From a virus (Duplodnaviria > Caudoviricetes), in IMG/VR virus record IMGVR_UViG_3300016476_001496, positions 1-46,999 of that record: a DNA stretch of 46,999 bases. One strand, 5' to 3'. Of the stretch, positions 9,622 through 18,236 are shown piece after piece (within the stretch, counting starts at the first letter, position 1; each line of letters opens with the position of its first letter). The notes beneath the pieces are model-generated. The model worked only from the letters and a program-made list of their open reading frames with translations. It was not told the origin of the DNA and did not search any database. Position numbers and translations under genes: made by a program.

Positions 9622-9985
9622 TGGAGCTGACGTTGTACTGCCCAACGTGTCTTTCTCAGTTAATAATAACTATTCATTTACAGGTTTAGTTAGTTTTTCT
9701 AAGCTAACAAAATACTTAGTTTTTGAATCTCAAAACTCTAATAAAAAGGTTTCACTTTTAGACTGGTGACACAGCTTTTTTGTTTTGTAATAGTTAAACT
9801 TAATTAAGCTATTACTAGATCAGAGATCATGTTGTTTTGTAAGCAAGCTACTAAATCTTCACTTGTTCCTACTTCGTTTACGTTTCCGTTTAAATTTGTT
9901 ATCAACTAATTTATTAATCGGCCATTAGACCACCCGATACCTGCATAATCACTACTAGACCACAAATCAATTCTATAACAGCCCC
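9622..9985 (-). ncRNA. ssrA: tmRNA (SsrA), one-piece, CCA not encoded; tag (A)GNVNEVGTSEDLVACLQNNMISDLVIA at 9804-9887
   Basis: 5' GGGGCTG pairs with 3' CAGCTCC-A including a G3:U alanine determinant; T-arm ACGTTG/CAACGT; internal frame after AAATTTAAAC ends Ala-TAA; 364 nt in an ORF-free gap. Confidence 0.92.
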
Positions 9986-10034
9986 TTGTTTATTATGTTA
10001 TATATATTATAATTAAAAAGTCAAAAAAGTTTAA

Positions 10035-10730
10035 TTATTCTCCTTTAAATCTTAAAAGTATTATTTTCTCATTAGAATAACCAAATATATATTTATCATA
10101 AATTACTTCATCCTCATCAAATACACCATATATGTAATCTTCATCAATATCACCTTTGAATATTTCATCAATAGTTTCTACTTTTTTACCTAATTTACCA
10201 AAAATGTAATTTGAATCCTCAACCAATCTCATTTGATATTCATTTACATAATTCATAACATAGTCACCATCCTTGTCATGAGTTTCATAACTTGGTGATT
10301 CACCTAAGAAATCATCTAAATCAAATTCTATAACTAATGAGTTTCTATTTGCAAATATACCATATAATTCATTCTTAGTATATTTCTTAATTGTATCTGC
10401 AGGGTCTAGTATTAGATAATAACCATCAGAATAACCTTGTAAAACAACCCAGTGTTTTATTTGTCCACAATATACTGCCAACATCCAAACTTTATTTTCA
10501 GGTTGACTTTTAAAGTATTCTAATGATATATCAGCCATTACTTTATGTTTGATACCTAAATCTCTTATTATCTTAGACATTCTTGACCAAGGAGTACCAC
10601 CAATTTTAGTTGGTGACATACCAAAAATGTCTTGTATTCCAAGATTATCTTTATATCCAGCTTCCATCATTATCATTTTTAATGATGTTGGTCCACAAGA
10701 TGAACCACAATTTTGATTTATATGTCTCAT
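10035..10730 (-). CDS. C39-like (papain-fold) cysteine peptidase
   Basis: Q..SSCGPTSL, HWVVL and ILDPA give the Cys-His-Asp pattern. Confidence 0.8.
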   Translation of the reverse strand: MRHINQNCGSSCGPTSLKMIMMEAGYKDNLGIQDIFGMSPTKIGGTPWSRMSKIIRDLGIKHKVMADISLEYFKSQPENKVWMLAVYCGQIKHWVVLQGYSDGYYLILDPADTIKKYTKNELYGIFANRNSLVIEFDLDDFLGESPSYETHDKDGDYVMNYVNEYQMRLVEDSNYIFGKLGKKVETIDEIFKGDIDEDYIYGVFDEDEVIYDKYIFGYSNEKIILLRFKGE

Positions 10731-11497
10731 TAGTTGTCTTTCTTTTTACAAAATTTAACAATTTCCATTACTTCACTTACATCAAACCCATAGTTAGATA
10801 ATGTATCATTTATATCATTTATTTCAATACCTTCTTCTAGTTCATCATTAATATAATCAATTACACTTATCTGATTTTGTTCATAAAAGTCCAAATATTT
10901 TGTCTTTGGATATTTATTTATACCACCTGGTGTGTAAAATTCAATAGTATAATATACACCAAACAAATCATTAAACATAGTTCTTGTTTTCAACCAGTGG
11001 TTCATATTATTCAAACCATGAAATGCCATACCCCAAATAAATTGAATTTCAGGATGTTTGTTCTCTTTATAATAGTATTTAAGTTTATGTCCTATTCCTG
11101 CTGATTTATATTTTGGGTCAACAAATAATGAAACTCCTTCAACTCCTTTTAAGTTTTCACCTTGAAAATCATAAAAGTTTCCTGGATAATTAGGTAAACC
11201 TGTTTTTTCAAGTATATAACCACCAACTATTTTACCATCTATCTCTGCAATTAAAGAAACCGATAAATCTAATTTACTAAGTGCATAATTATCATGCATC
11301 ATTTTAGTCATAGGATCCTTTAAATCTCCATAGAAATGACCAAAATATTGATATTTTAAGTCTAAACAAGCATCAACATCATTATCAGTCATAGGTCTTA
11401 TGACAACTTCACCTTGTTTTTTATCTTCTTTTTTTTTACCAAATATATTTTTAAAGGATATTTCCTCAAACTTCTTTAGGTGTTTCATATTTTTCAT
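10730..11497 (-). CDS. GNAT family acetyltransferase with capsid-targeting-like leader
   Basis: IRPMT..D, IAEIDGKIVG and LFVDPKYKSAGIGHKL (acetyl-CoA motif A); N-terminus MKHLKKFEE. Confidence 0.8.
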   Translation of the reverse strand: MKNMKHLKKFEEISFKNIFGKKKEDKKQGEVVIRPMTDNDVDACLDLKYQYFGHFYGDLKDPMTKMMHDNYALSKLDLSVSLIAEIDGKIVGGYILEKTGLPNYPGNFYDFQGENLKGVEGVSLFVDPKYKSAGIGHKLKYYYKENKHPEIQFIWGMAFHGLNNMNHWLKTRTMFNDLFGVYYTIEFYTPGGINKYPKTKYLDFYEQNQISVIDYINDELEEGIEINDINDTLSNYGFDVSEVMEIVKFCKKKDN

Positions 11498-11512
11498 TTT
11501 TATTTTTATTTT

Positions 11513-11890
11513 TTATTCATTATCAAAATCATCGCCATTACCTTCATTGTAATAGAAATTAAACTCTAATACAGTACCTCCAGTTCTTTTAGTTTGATAC
11601 ATATCAAATTCAGTATCATATTGGGGTATAATATCAGTTTTTAAATATTGTAATATATCAAAGATGTTAATCATATCCTTTAATCTTTCCAATTCATAAC
11701 AGAATACTGATATACATATATCATATCCAGAATAGTCAACTGTAAAATCTTCAATACCTCTATTTCTAAGAGTAGTTCTTAATAAGTAAGCAATGTGATC
11801 CATACCATCATTATTATGACCATAATATTCATCATCATAATGGTCTGTATCATCAAAACTCTCTGTAAATTTTTTATAACTATCTATCAT
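11513..11890 (-). CDS. Hypothetical acidic protein with capsid-targeting-like leader
   Basis: 125 aa, MIDSYKKFTESF. Confidence 0.65.
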   Translation of the reverse strand: MIDSYKKFTESFDDTDHYDDEYYGHNNDGMDHIAYLLRTTLRNRGIEDFTVDYSGYDICISVFCYELERLKDMINIFDILQYLKTDIIPQYDTEFDMYQTKRTGGTVLEFNFYYNEGNGDDFDNE

Positions 11891-11891
11891 T

Positions 11892-13238
11892 TTATCTTAT
11901 TTCAATTTTAATATATGTATCTTCAAATTCAACATAAGGGTCAATAATATTATATCTTGATAATATATTATTAATATATCTTAATGTATCACCTATTGCT
12001 TTAATATCACATCCAAGTGTATCAAATTGTATAAATACTTTACCATCATAACCTACAACTTTTACATCAAGGTCAAATGCATATCTTTTAATCTGTTGAA
12101 TTAAATTTTTATACTTTCTAATAACTTCACTATTTATACCAACTTTTCTAATAGTAGGTAATTTACTCCAATTAACATTAACTGATGCTTTTGCAATTTT
12201 ATCTAAAAATGTAATATTTTGTATTTCACTAAATGTATGTTCATTTTCATAACCTACTGATATATTAGTACACTCTGGAATATCATCAATAAAAGATGCT
12301 GAATCTGTAAAAATTCCTGTATCATCTAATGATAATTTTAACCCATTACTATTATATTCACTACACAAAGCTGATGCAAACTCATTAGAACAGCAAACTC
12401 TACCATATTGAGAAGTAATTACAGAACCTGTTTTTCTTCTATCAAATGATATACATCTTTTTATTTCTTTAAGATGTTCTATTTTATCAAAATCACCAGC
12501 AACTAATCTTGAACCAACACCACCTCTTTCTTCACCTAAGAAGAAGTAATATAATCCAGGAACATTATGTGCCATCATATAAAGCATTATAGTGACACCT
12601 GCTTTATCATCTGCACCAAGAATACTTGTACCATCAGTGAATATAAATTCATCATTATCAATAGTCTTAGTCATTAATTTAGTAGGTAATTGTTTCCAAT
12701 CAGCAGTATCTAAGTGAGAAGTAAACATAGTTTTTGTATCACCAGGAATTATTTTGTAATAATTTCCATGTATATCTTTGTCAAGTTTAGGTAAAAACTG
12801 TAATACTTCTTTCTCATGACCCATTGGATAAGTCTTTGTAACTAATGATAAGAAAGTAGAACGTACATCTTTAGGATTAAATACAAATGGTTTATGTTCA
12901 ATTGGTGTACCAGTTACAATACCAAATGCTTCTCCTTTAAATGAGTTATAAGCAGTGTGAAATTCAATTAAAGCATGGTCAGTTATTTTTAAATCAGGAA
13001 AATAGGTATTGGCAAACTTTGCAATACTTATGGTTGTTTTTTTACCTTTAACCATCATTTCAAAACAATTATTAACTTTAGATAGGTCCAAATAATAAAT
13101 ATCTAATACATTAGTATATTTAATATTACCATCAATAAGTCCCAATATCTTATAAGATAAGGTATTCTCAAACTCATCATCAATTTGTTTAATAACCTTT
13201 ATAAATCTTGGTGAAAACTTTATTCTCAATTCTGCCAT
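11892..13238 (-). CDS. M20/M28-clan zinc metallopeptidase
   Basis: SHLDT, LGADDKAG, GEERG, SFDRR and YENEHT metal-binding motifs. Confidence 0.85.
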   Translation of the reverse strand: MAELRIKFSPRFIKVIKQIDDEFENTLSYKILGLIDGNIKYTNVLDIYYLDLSKVNNCFEMMVKGKKTTISIAKFANTYFPDLKITDHALIEFHTAYNSFKGEAFGIVTGTPIEHKPFVFNPKDVRSTFLSLVTKTYPMGHEKEVLQFLPKLDKDIHGNYYKIIPGDTKTMFTSHLDTADWKQLPTKLMTKTIDNDEFIFTDGTSILGADDKAGVTIMLYMMAHNVPGLYYFFLGEERGGVGSRLVAGDFDKIEHLKEIKRCISFDRRKTGSVITSQYGRVCCSNEFASALCSEYNSNGLKLSLDDTGIFTDSASFIDDIPECTNISVGYENEHTFSEIQNITFLDKIAKASVNVNWSKLPTIRKVGINSEVIRKYKNLIQQIKRYAFDLDVKVVGYDGKVFIQFDTLGCDIKAIGDTLRYINNILSRYNIIDPYVEFEDTYIKIEIR

Positions 13239-13248
13239 ACTTTCTAAT

Positions 13249-13641
13249 TTAATTTACTACTACTTCATGTGAGTTACCATAATCAACTCTTACTTGACCA
13301 TCATTCATACCTGGTAACTTTTTAACAAATTTTGCTTTACAATAAACAATAGTAGCTTTATCTTCATCTTTTGCTTTACTATTTTTCTTAGCTATCTCAG
13401 CAACCTTTTTAATTACTTCTGGTGTAGGTAATTTTTCTCTAACAACAATTAACATATGACTACCTGGAACACCTTTTGTGTGCATCCAAATATCATCTGG
13501 TTCTGACATATTAAATGTTAAATGGTCATTAGATTTTGCATCACGACCCAAATATACAATAAATCCATCAATATCCAAAGTTTTTATGTTTGGAAATTTA
13601 TTTTTACTTTCATTAAATGATTTATATTTCTTAATTCTCAT
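13249..13641 (-). CDS. Stand-alone NFACT-R (DUF814) RNA-binding domain protein
   Basis: GRDAKSNDHLT..DDIWMHTKGVPGSH matches the NFACT/RqcH C-terminal domain; start at MRIKKYKSFNE, just downstream of AATATATA (13646-13653). Confidence 0.85.
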   Translation of the reverse strand: MRIKKYKSFNESKNKFPNIKTLDIDGFIVYLGRDAKSNDHLTFNMSEPDDIWMHTKGVPGSHMLIVVREKLPTPEVIKKVAEIAKKNSKAKDEDKATIVYCKAKFVKKLPGMNDGQVRVDYGNSHEVVVN

Positions 13642-13666
13642 ATTGTATATATTAATTGTATAAAAC

Positions 13667-13695
13667 AAAAAAGACTCCTAAAAGGAGTCTTTTTT
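13667..13695 (-). terminator. Intrinsic terminator after capsid gene
   Basis: aaaaaagactcct-aaa-aggagtctttttt. Confidence 0.8.
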
Positions 13696-13712
13696 ATATA
13701 ATTAATTAATGA

Positions 13713-15416
13713 TTAGTTAAGTAATTGAGCAGTATCAGTAACATTAATAGTCATGAACTGTTTTTGTGGATACCATCCCACTTCTGCAACAGCATATCTT
13801 GATCTTAGTAACATTCTTGGAGCAAATGTAGCCTCAGAGATAACTGAGATAGATTGTGCCATTAAGTAAGGTACAAAGATGATACCTGGTTGGTCAGGGT
13901 TATTTTTTCTACCTAATACAATTCTGTTATCGTTATATCTCATATATGGATCAACATAGATAGAGATGTCTCCGATTGAACCAACTGGGTAAAGTTGACC
14001 TTGAGAGTTCATTTTAGATTTAACTGGGTTAATTGTGTAACCAGCAATATCTTGTAATGCAGCAGCTAAACCTCCATTTGTAATTAAGTATTGAGCTGGT
14101 CCAACACGTCCTTCTGTTGCAATATAGTTAGATGCATGAGCAATTCTAGTTATAAGCTTTCTTTGGATAGCGTGAGTAGTCTCTCCACCAGGAACATAAG
14201 AGTTACCAGCATTACCTGTTGCATAGTTAGTGTTTAAGTCAAATAATGACTCAGTACTACCAGCTTTTCTAGGTGCACTTGCAGCATTCAAATCTCCCAT
14301 TTCAAAGATTTTAGCAACAATTTGTTTAGAAATTGTTTGAGACAATTCATTAACAAGTATTGATTCCATTTTTTGAACAATATCCATACCTGTGTTAGCT
14401 TTGATGTCTTCAATTTCTGTTCTTCTTAAAGCAGAAGATATTTCAATTGTACCAACTGCAATAGTTTTAGAAGAGATTTTTGGTCCAATAACACCTGCAT
14501 AAGAGTTATCATCTTCTAATCTTGACATTGGGTAAGCACCAGCAGCAGCACCAGCAGGAACTGTAGCCCAGTTAGCAGAGAAACCAGGAATGTGATCTTC
14601 TAATGCAGAAACTAATTCAATTGAAGGAGTTGTAACTGCAACTGCTCTAATCTCTAAAATTTGAGCAGTCATTGCAGATGTTGCATCAAATGTATTTTTT
14701 TCAGCAACAAAACCAAAGTAATTTGCTTGACCAGCAGTATTAGCTTGTCTAAATGCTCTAAACATTGGTAATCCATCAATACGAGAGAATCCTAAAAATT
14801 CAACAATATTTTCTTTAGAATCTGGAACATTACTAGTAGTGTAGTGTGTTGTAGTATAATTTGTAGAAGATGCAGTACCAATACTGAAATAAATCTGACC
14901 TGTTAAACCACCTTGAGTTTGTGTAATACCTGCAGCAAGTAAAGATGCAGTAATACCTGCAGCAATTGCAGCATCATTAGCTTTTAATTTGAAAACTTGT
15001 GGTCTTTCATATGAGTCTAAATTAACATCATCATATTGAAAATCAATATAAAGTAAGTCTAATTTTGGACCTGGAGTTGGTTTTACAGCAACTAAGTCTA
15101 AACCAATTGTTTGTGCAGCAATTTTCATTGCAACTGGTAATAAGTTTTGACCAACATCACCAGAACCTGGAGTTCCTGTGTAAGCACCACCTAAGTTAGC
15201 ACCTAAAGTTGTTCCTGCAGGACCACCTAATACTGGGTTAACTACAGCTCCCATACCAGCTACATTTGTAGCATTAACGTATGCATTTTCATTGATAGAG
15301 TGGAACTCAGCATATTCTGACATCCATTCAAGTCTATCACCTGAAACTCCCATGTTTTCCAACACTGGAGACCATTTTTTCATGGCTTTTTGATTATCTA
15401 TTCTAATTTGTGACAT
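13713..15416 (-). CDS. gp23: Major capsid protein (T4 gp23-like, divergent)
   Basis: KKWSPVLE N-terminus, IAAQTIGLDLVAVKP, IYVDPY, PGIIFVPY and TFAPRMLLRSRYA; adjacent to the prohead protease gene. Confidence 0.88.
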   Translation of the reverse strand: MSQIRIDNQKAMKKWSPVLENMGVSGDRLEWMSEYAEFHSINENAYVNATNVAGMGAVVNPVLGGPAGTTLGANLGGAYTGTPGSGDVGQNLLPVAMKIAAQTIGLDLVAVKPTPGPKLDLLYIDFQYDDVNLDSYERPQVFKLKANDAAIAAGITASLLAAGITQTQGGLTGQIYFSIGTASSTNYTTTHYTTSNVPDSKENIVEFLGFSRIDGLPMFRAFRQANTAGQANYFGFVAEKNTFDATSAMTAQILEIRAVAVTTPSIELVSALEDHIPGFSANWATVPAGAAAGAYPMSRLEDDNSYAGVIGPKISSKTIAVGTIEISSALRRTEIEDIKANTGMDIVQKMESILVNELSQTISKQIVAKIFEMGDLNAASAPRKAGSTESLFDLNTNYATGNAGNSYVPGGETTHAIQRKLITRIAHASNYIATEGRVGPAQYLITNGGLAAALQDIAGYTINPVKSKMNSQGQLYPVGSIGDISIYVDPYMRYNDNRIVLGRKNNPDQPGIIFVPYLMAQSISVISEATFAPRMLLRSRYAVAEVGWYPQKQFMTINVTDTAQLLN

Positions 15417-15485
15417 AATAATTTCTTTTTTTTTATTTTTTTATGTAATCTATATATATCCTTGTTTTTCTCACTTTTTTCAAGT

Positions 15486-15500
15486 GTGGATTTTTTATAG
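15486..15500 (-). promoter_or_regulatory. 15-nt element CTATAAAAAATCCAC upstream of the capsid promoter
   Basis: Exact copy at 17739-17753; both lie about 35 nt upstream of a TATATA box. Confidence 0.5.
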
Positions 15501-15501
15501 A

Positions 15502-17673
15502 TTATACTCTTCTAAATCTTTCCATAATCATAGAAACTTCTGTATCAGATAGTTTATCCTCTTGGATTAAACCTTCATGAGCAACAAGTTTTTTAGTTAC
15601 AGTTTCATTAGTTTTGATATTTCTAGTTCCCCAGAAATGCTCAATTTGATTTTCAGTTCTTAAAACTTCTTCTGGATATAATCTAGCTTGTGATAAGATA
15701 GATTTTTTAGCAGATTCGTTTAACTGACCCCAGACTGGCTTAATGTTATCAGGCATCAATCTGATTACTCTTTCTTCAAGAGTTTCGTTTTTAGTTGATA
15801 ATGCTTCTGAGATCAAAGTAAGAACTTCTTTCTGTGTGAAATAACTACTCTCGTTTATGTGTAGTTTAACAGTATCTTGTTCTTCATTTGATAGAGCATA
15901 AAAACTATCAACTTGTGATTTGTTTAAGAACTTTAAAAAGTTCAAATCACTGCTTTCAGAAACTTTACGTTTTTTAGCTTCTTCAATTAATTTATTAATA
16001 GATTCAGAAAGTTCAGAGTCTTCATGACCTTTAAATTCTTCTTCTTGTTCTTCTTCATGTTCTGGTGTAAATTCACCTTCTTCTTGGTGACCTTCATGAT
16101 CATGTTCTTCTGCAAACTCAGCAGCATCTTGAGCAAACTCTTCAGCTTCTTCAGCAAATTCTTCAGCCTCATGAGCAAAATCATCATGACCTTCTTCACC
16201 TGCAAATTCTTCCTCTTCTTCTTCTTCTTGAGATTCAAAACCAGCATCTTCAATAGATGGGAATTGAGCTTCATCTTCACCAAAAGATTCATTTAATTTA
16301 CCAAATGAGTTTAATTTTTCAACAATCATTCCTTGGTAAGAAATTGATTTGTCTAAGTTCTCAGCAATGTATTCAGAGTAAGCAATGTTATCATCTAAAT
16401 GTTCAGCAATGTATTCAGAGTAAGCAATGTTACCTTCTACATGTTCTGCTAAATATTCAGAGTAAGCAATTGAATTATCAACATTCTCTGCAATGTATTC
16501 AGAGTAAGCAATATTCTTGTCTAAGTTCTCAGCAATGTATTCAGAGTAAGCAATGTTTTTGTCTAAGTTTTCTGCTAAATATTCTGAATATTCAATGTTT
16601 TTGTCTAAGTTCTCAGCTAAATATTCTGAGTAAGAAATGTTTTTGTCTAAGTTTTCAGCAATATATTCTGAGTAATTGATATTTTTATCTAAGTTCTCAG
16701 CTAAATATTCTGAATACTCAATATTTTTATCTAAATTCTCAGCTAAATACTCTGAATAATTAATAGCTTTTTCTAAGTTTTCAGCCAAGTAATCATTGTG
16801 TTTAGCCAATTTTGTAGTAGTTTCTTTTAATGATTTATTTTCATTAACCACTACTTGGATTTTATCAGCTAAATAATCTAAATATTTAGCAACTTGTGAG
16901 TTAGTGTTATTTAACTCTTCATAATACGCAAGTAATTCTTCTAACTTTTTAGTTGGTAAATTACCTTTTGTAATAGCACTGTTTACTACTTTTTTAGTAG
17001 AAGCAATCTCATTAACTAAATACTTTGAATAGTCACTTAGTTGTTGTTTTGTTACAAAGTCATTGTTGTTCATTTTGAATAATTCATTCGTTTTGGACTC
17101 GTCAGACATTTCATATATCCTAAAGTTATTTTTTTCAATTTGTCCATCAGTACAATAACCTAAAGATTCATTTAATACTTTTACACTCATTTTTGCAGAT
17201 GCAAATCCTGGATCAGCAACAATGTCATATGTAAAAAGTTTTTTCAATGATACTGAACCATCTGATTCAGTAATACCTGCAGCTCTTGATGATACAAAAA
17301 CTGGACATCCGTCATTAACCAATGCCTTAGCTTCTTTACCCCAATATGTACTTAACAATTTGATTTCTCCTTCAACTGTGTTCTTTTCAGAAACATAGTC
17401 AGCTTTGGTAATAATGTGAGATGCTCTTGATAATGATGTATCAAAAACATCCGGGTGATCAAATTCACCATAAACAACACCTAAGCTGCTCATTCTCTCA
17501 TTCAATTCTGCTAATGCAGGCAAGAACTTCTCTGCTGTATAAATTCTCTCATTACGATTCTTCACACCAAATTCTGTGAAAGTACCATTAAGAACAAAAT
17601 CTTTACTACCAGTAGAAGCACTCTCTCTTACAAGAGAATTAGTTGAGTTTTCTATAATTAAAACTGGTTTCAT
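15502..17673 (-). CDS. gp21: Prohead protease (gp21-like) fused to a scaffold/core region
   Basis: KNRNERIY, GEFDHP, VSSRAAG and YDIVADPGF catalytic motifs, followed by coiled-coil repeats and an acidic tract. Confidence 0.9.
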   Translation of the reverse strand: MKPVLIIENSTNSLVRESASTGSKDFVLNGTFTEFGVKNRNERIYTAEKFLPALAELNERMSSLGVVYGEFDHPDVFDTSLSRASHIITKADYVSEKNTVEGEIKLLSTYWGKEAKALVNDGCPVFVSSRAAGITESDGSVSLKKLFTYDIVADPGFASAKMSVKVLNESLGYCTDGQIEKNNFRIYEMSDESKTNELFKMNNNDFVTKQQLSDYSKYLVNEIASTKKVVNSAITKGNLPTKKLEELLAYYEELNNTNSQVAKYLDYLADKIQVVVNENKSLKETTTKLAKHNDYLAENLEKAINYSEYLAENLDKNIEYSEYLAENLDKNINYSEYIAENLDKNISYSEYLAENLDKNIEYSEYLAENLDKNIAYSEYIAENLDKNIAYSEYIAENVDNSIAYSEYLAEHVEGNIAYSEYIAEHLDDNIAYSEYIAENLDKSISYQGMIVEKLNSFGKLNESFGEDEAQFPSIEDAGFESQEEEEEEEFAGEEGHDDFAHEAEEFAEEAEEFAQDAAEFAEEHDHEGHQEEGEFTPEHEEEQEEEFKGHEDSELSESINKLIEEAKKRKVSESSDLNFLKFLNKSQVDSFYALSNEEQDTVKLHINESSYFTQKEVLTLISEALSTKNETLEERVIRLMPDNIKPVWGQLNESAKKSILSQARLYPEEVLRTENQIEHFWGTRNIKTNETVTKKLVAHEGLIQEDKLSDTEVSMIMERFRRV
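16339..16800 (-). repeat. 11 tandem 42-nt coding repeats (YSEY(L/I)AENLDKNIx)
   Basis: 14-aa units read directly in the protease-scaffold translation. Confidence 0.9.
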
Positions 17674-17753
17674 TTTTAAAAATTATTTTTTGTAGTTTGA
17701 GGTATATATTACTTTATGTAATTACTTATTTTTTAGAAGTGGATTTTTTATAG

Positions 17754-17761
17754 TATCTTTG
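17754..17761 (+). promoter_or_regulatory. Possible TAnnTTTG promoter (TATCTTTG) for the RNase R operon
   Basis: Lies in the divergent intergenic region upstream of 17835. Confidence 0.4.
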
Positions 17762-17834
17762 TAATGTCTTGAAATTAAAGGAAATTTTTTTTTATCAAAA
17801 AGAGAGATTGATAATTTAATAAATACTTAAAAAT

Positions 17835-18236
17835 ATGTGGTTTTTTATGATCCTTTCAAGAGAGATAAATATTAAAATAAATGAATCAAATTACAACTAT
17901 TATGATTATTTAGGATATGATGTATATATAGGAGAAGAAATAGTTATTCCGGTAGAACTATTACCTAAGGGTTCTCACTATAAAATTAAATGTAAATGTG
18001 ATGTTTGTGAGGTTGAAAAAGATGTAATCTATAAGAACTATCTTAAATATGATAATGTTTGGGGTGAATATTATTGTAGAAAATGTTCTGAGAGTAAGAG
18101 GAAGGAAACACTTAGAAAAAACTTTGGAGTAGATTATCCTATTCAAAATAAAAAAGTTTTAGATAAGATGAAAAAAACATTAATTAAAAAATATGGAGTG
18201 GATAATATCTCCAAGAAAATAAAAAAGAATGAATAA
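17835..18236 (+). CDS. Zn-finger/KYGV-repeat protein resembling the DNA-binding part of phage homing endonucleases
   Basis: CDVC..CRKC plus KNFGVDYPIQ and KKYGVDNIS repeats; no nuclease motif visible. Confidence 0.55.
   Translation: MWFFMILSREINIKINESNYNYYDYLGYDVYIGEEIVIPVELLPKGSHYKIKCKCDVCEVEKDVIYKNYLKYDNVWGEYYCRKCSESKRKETLRKNFGVDYPIQNKKVLDKMKKTLIKKYGVDNISKKIKKNE

Noticed and set aside
9622-9985. tRNA, intron or riboswitch reading of the non-coding gap
   Set aside because: The Ala acceptor stem halves are about 350 nt apart around a tag frame, which fits tmRNA; no standalone tRNA cloverleaf was seen in the window.
15987-16679. Alternative-frame ORFs 15987-16292, 16024-16296 and 16257-16679
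   Set aside because: Shadows of the low-complexity and repeat region of the protease-scaffold gene.
16339-16800. 42-nt tandem repeats as a CRISPR array
   Set aside because: No unique spacers; variation is mostly synonymous and the units are in-frame protein repeats.
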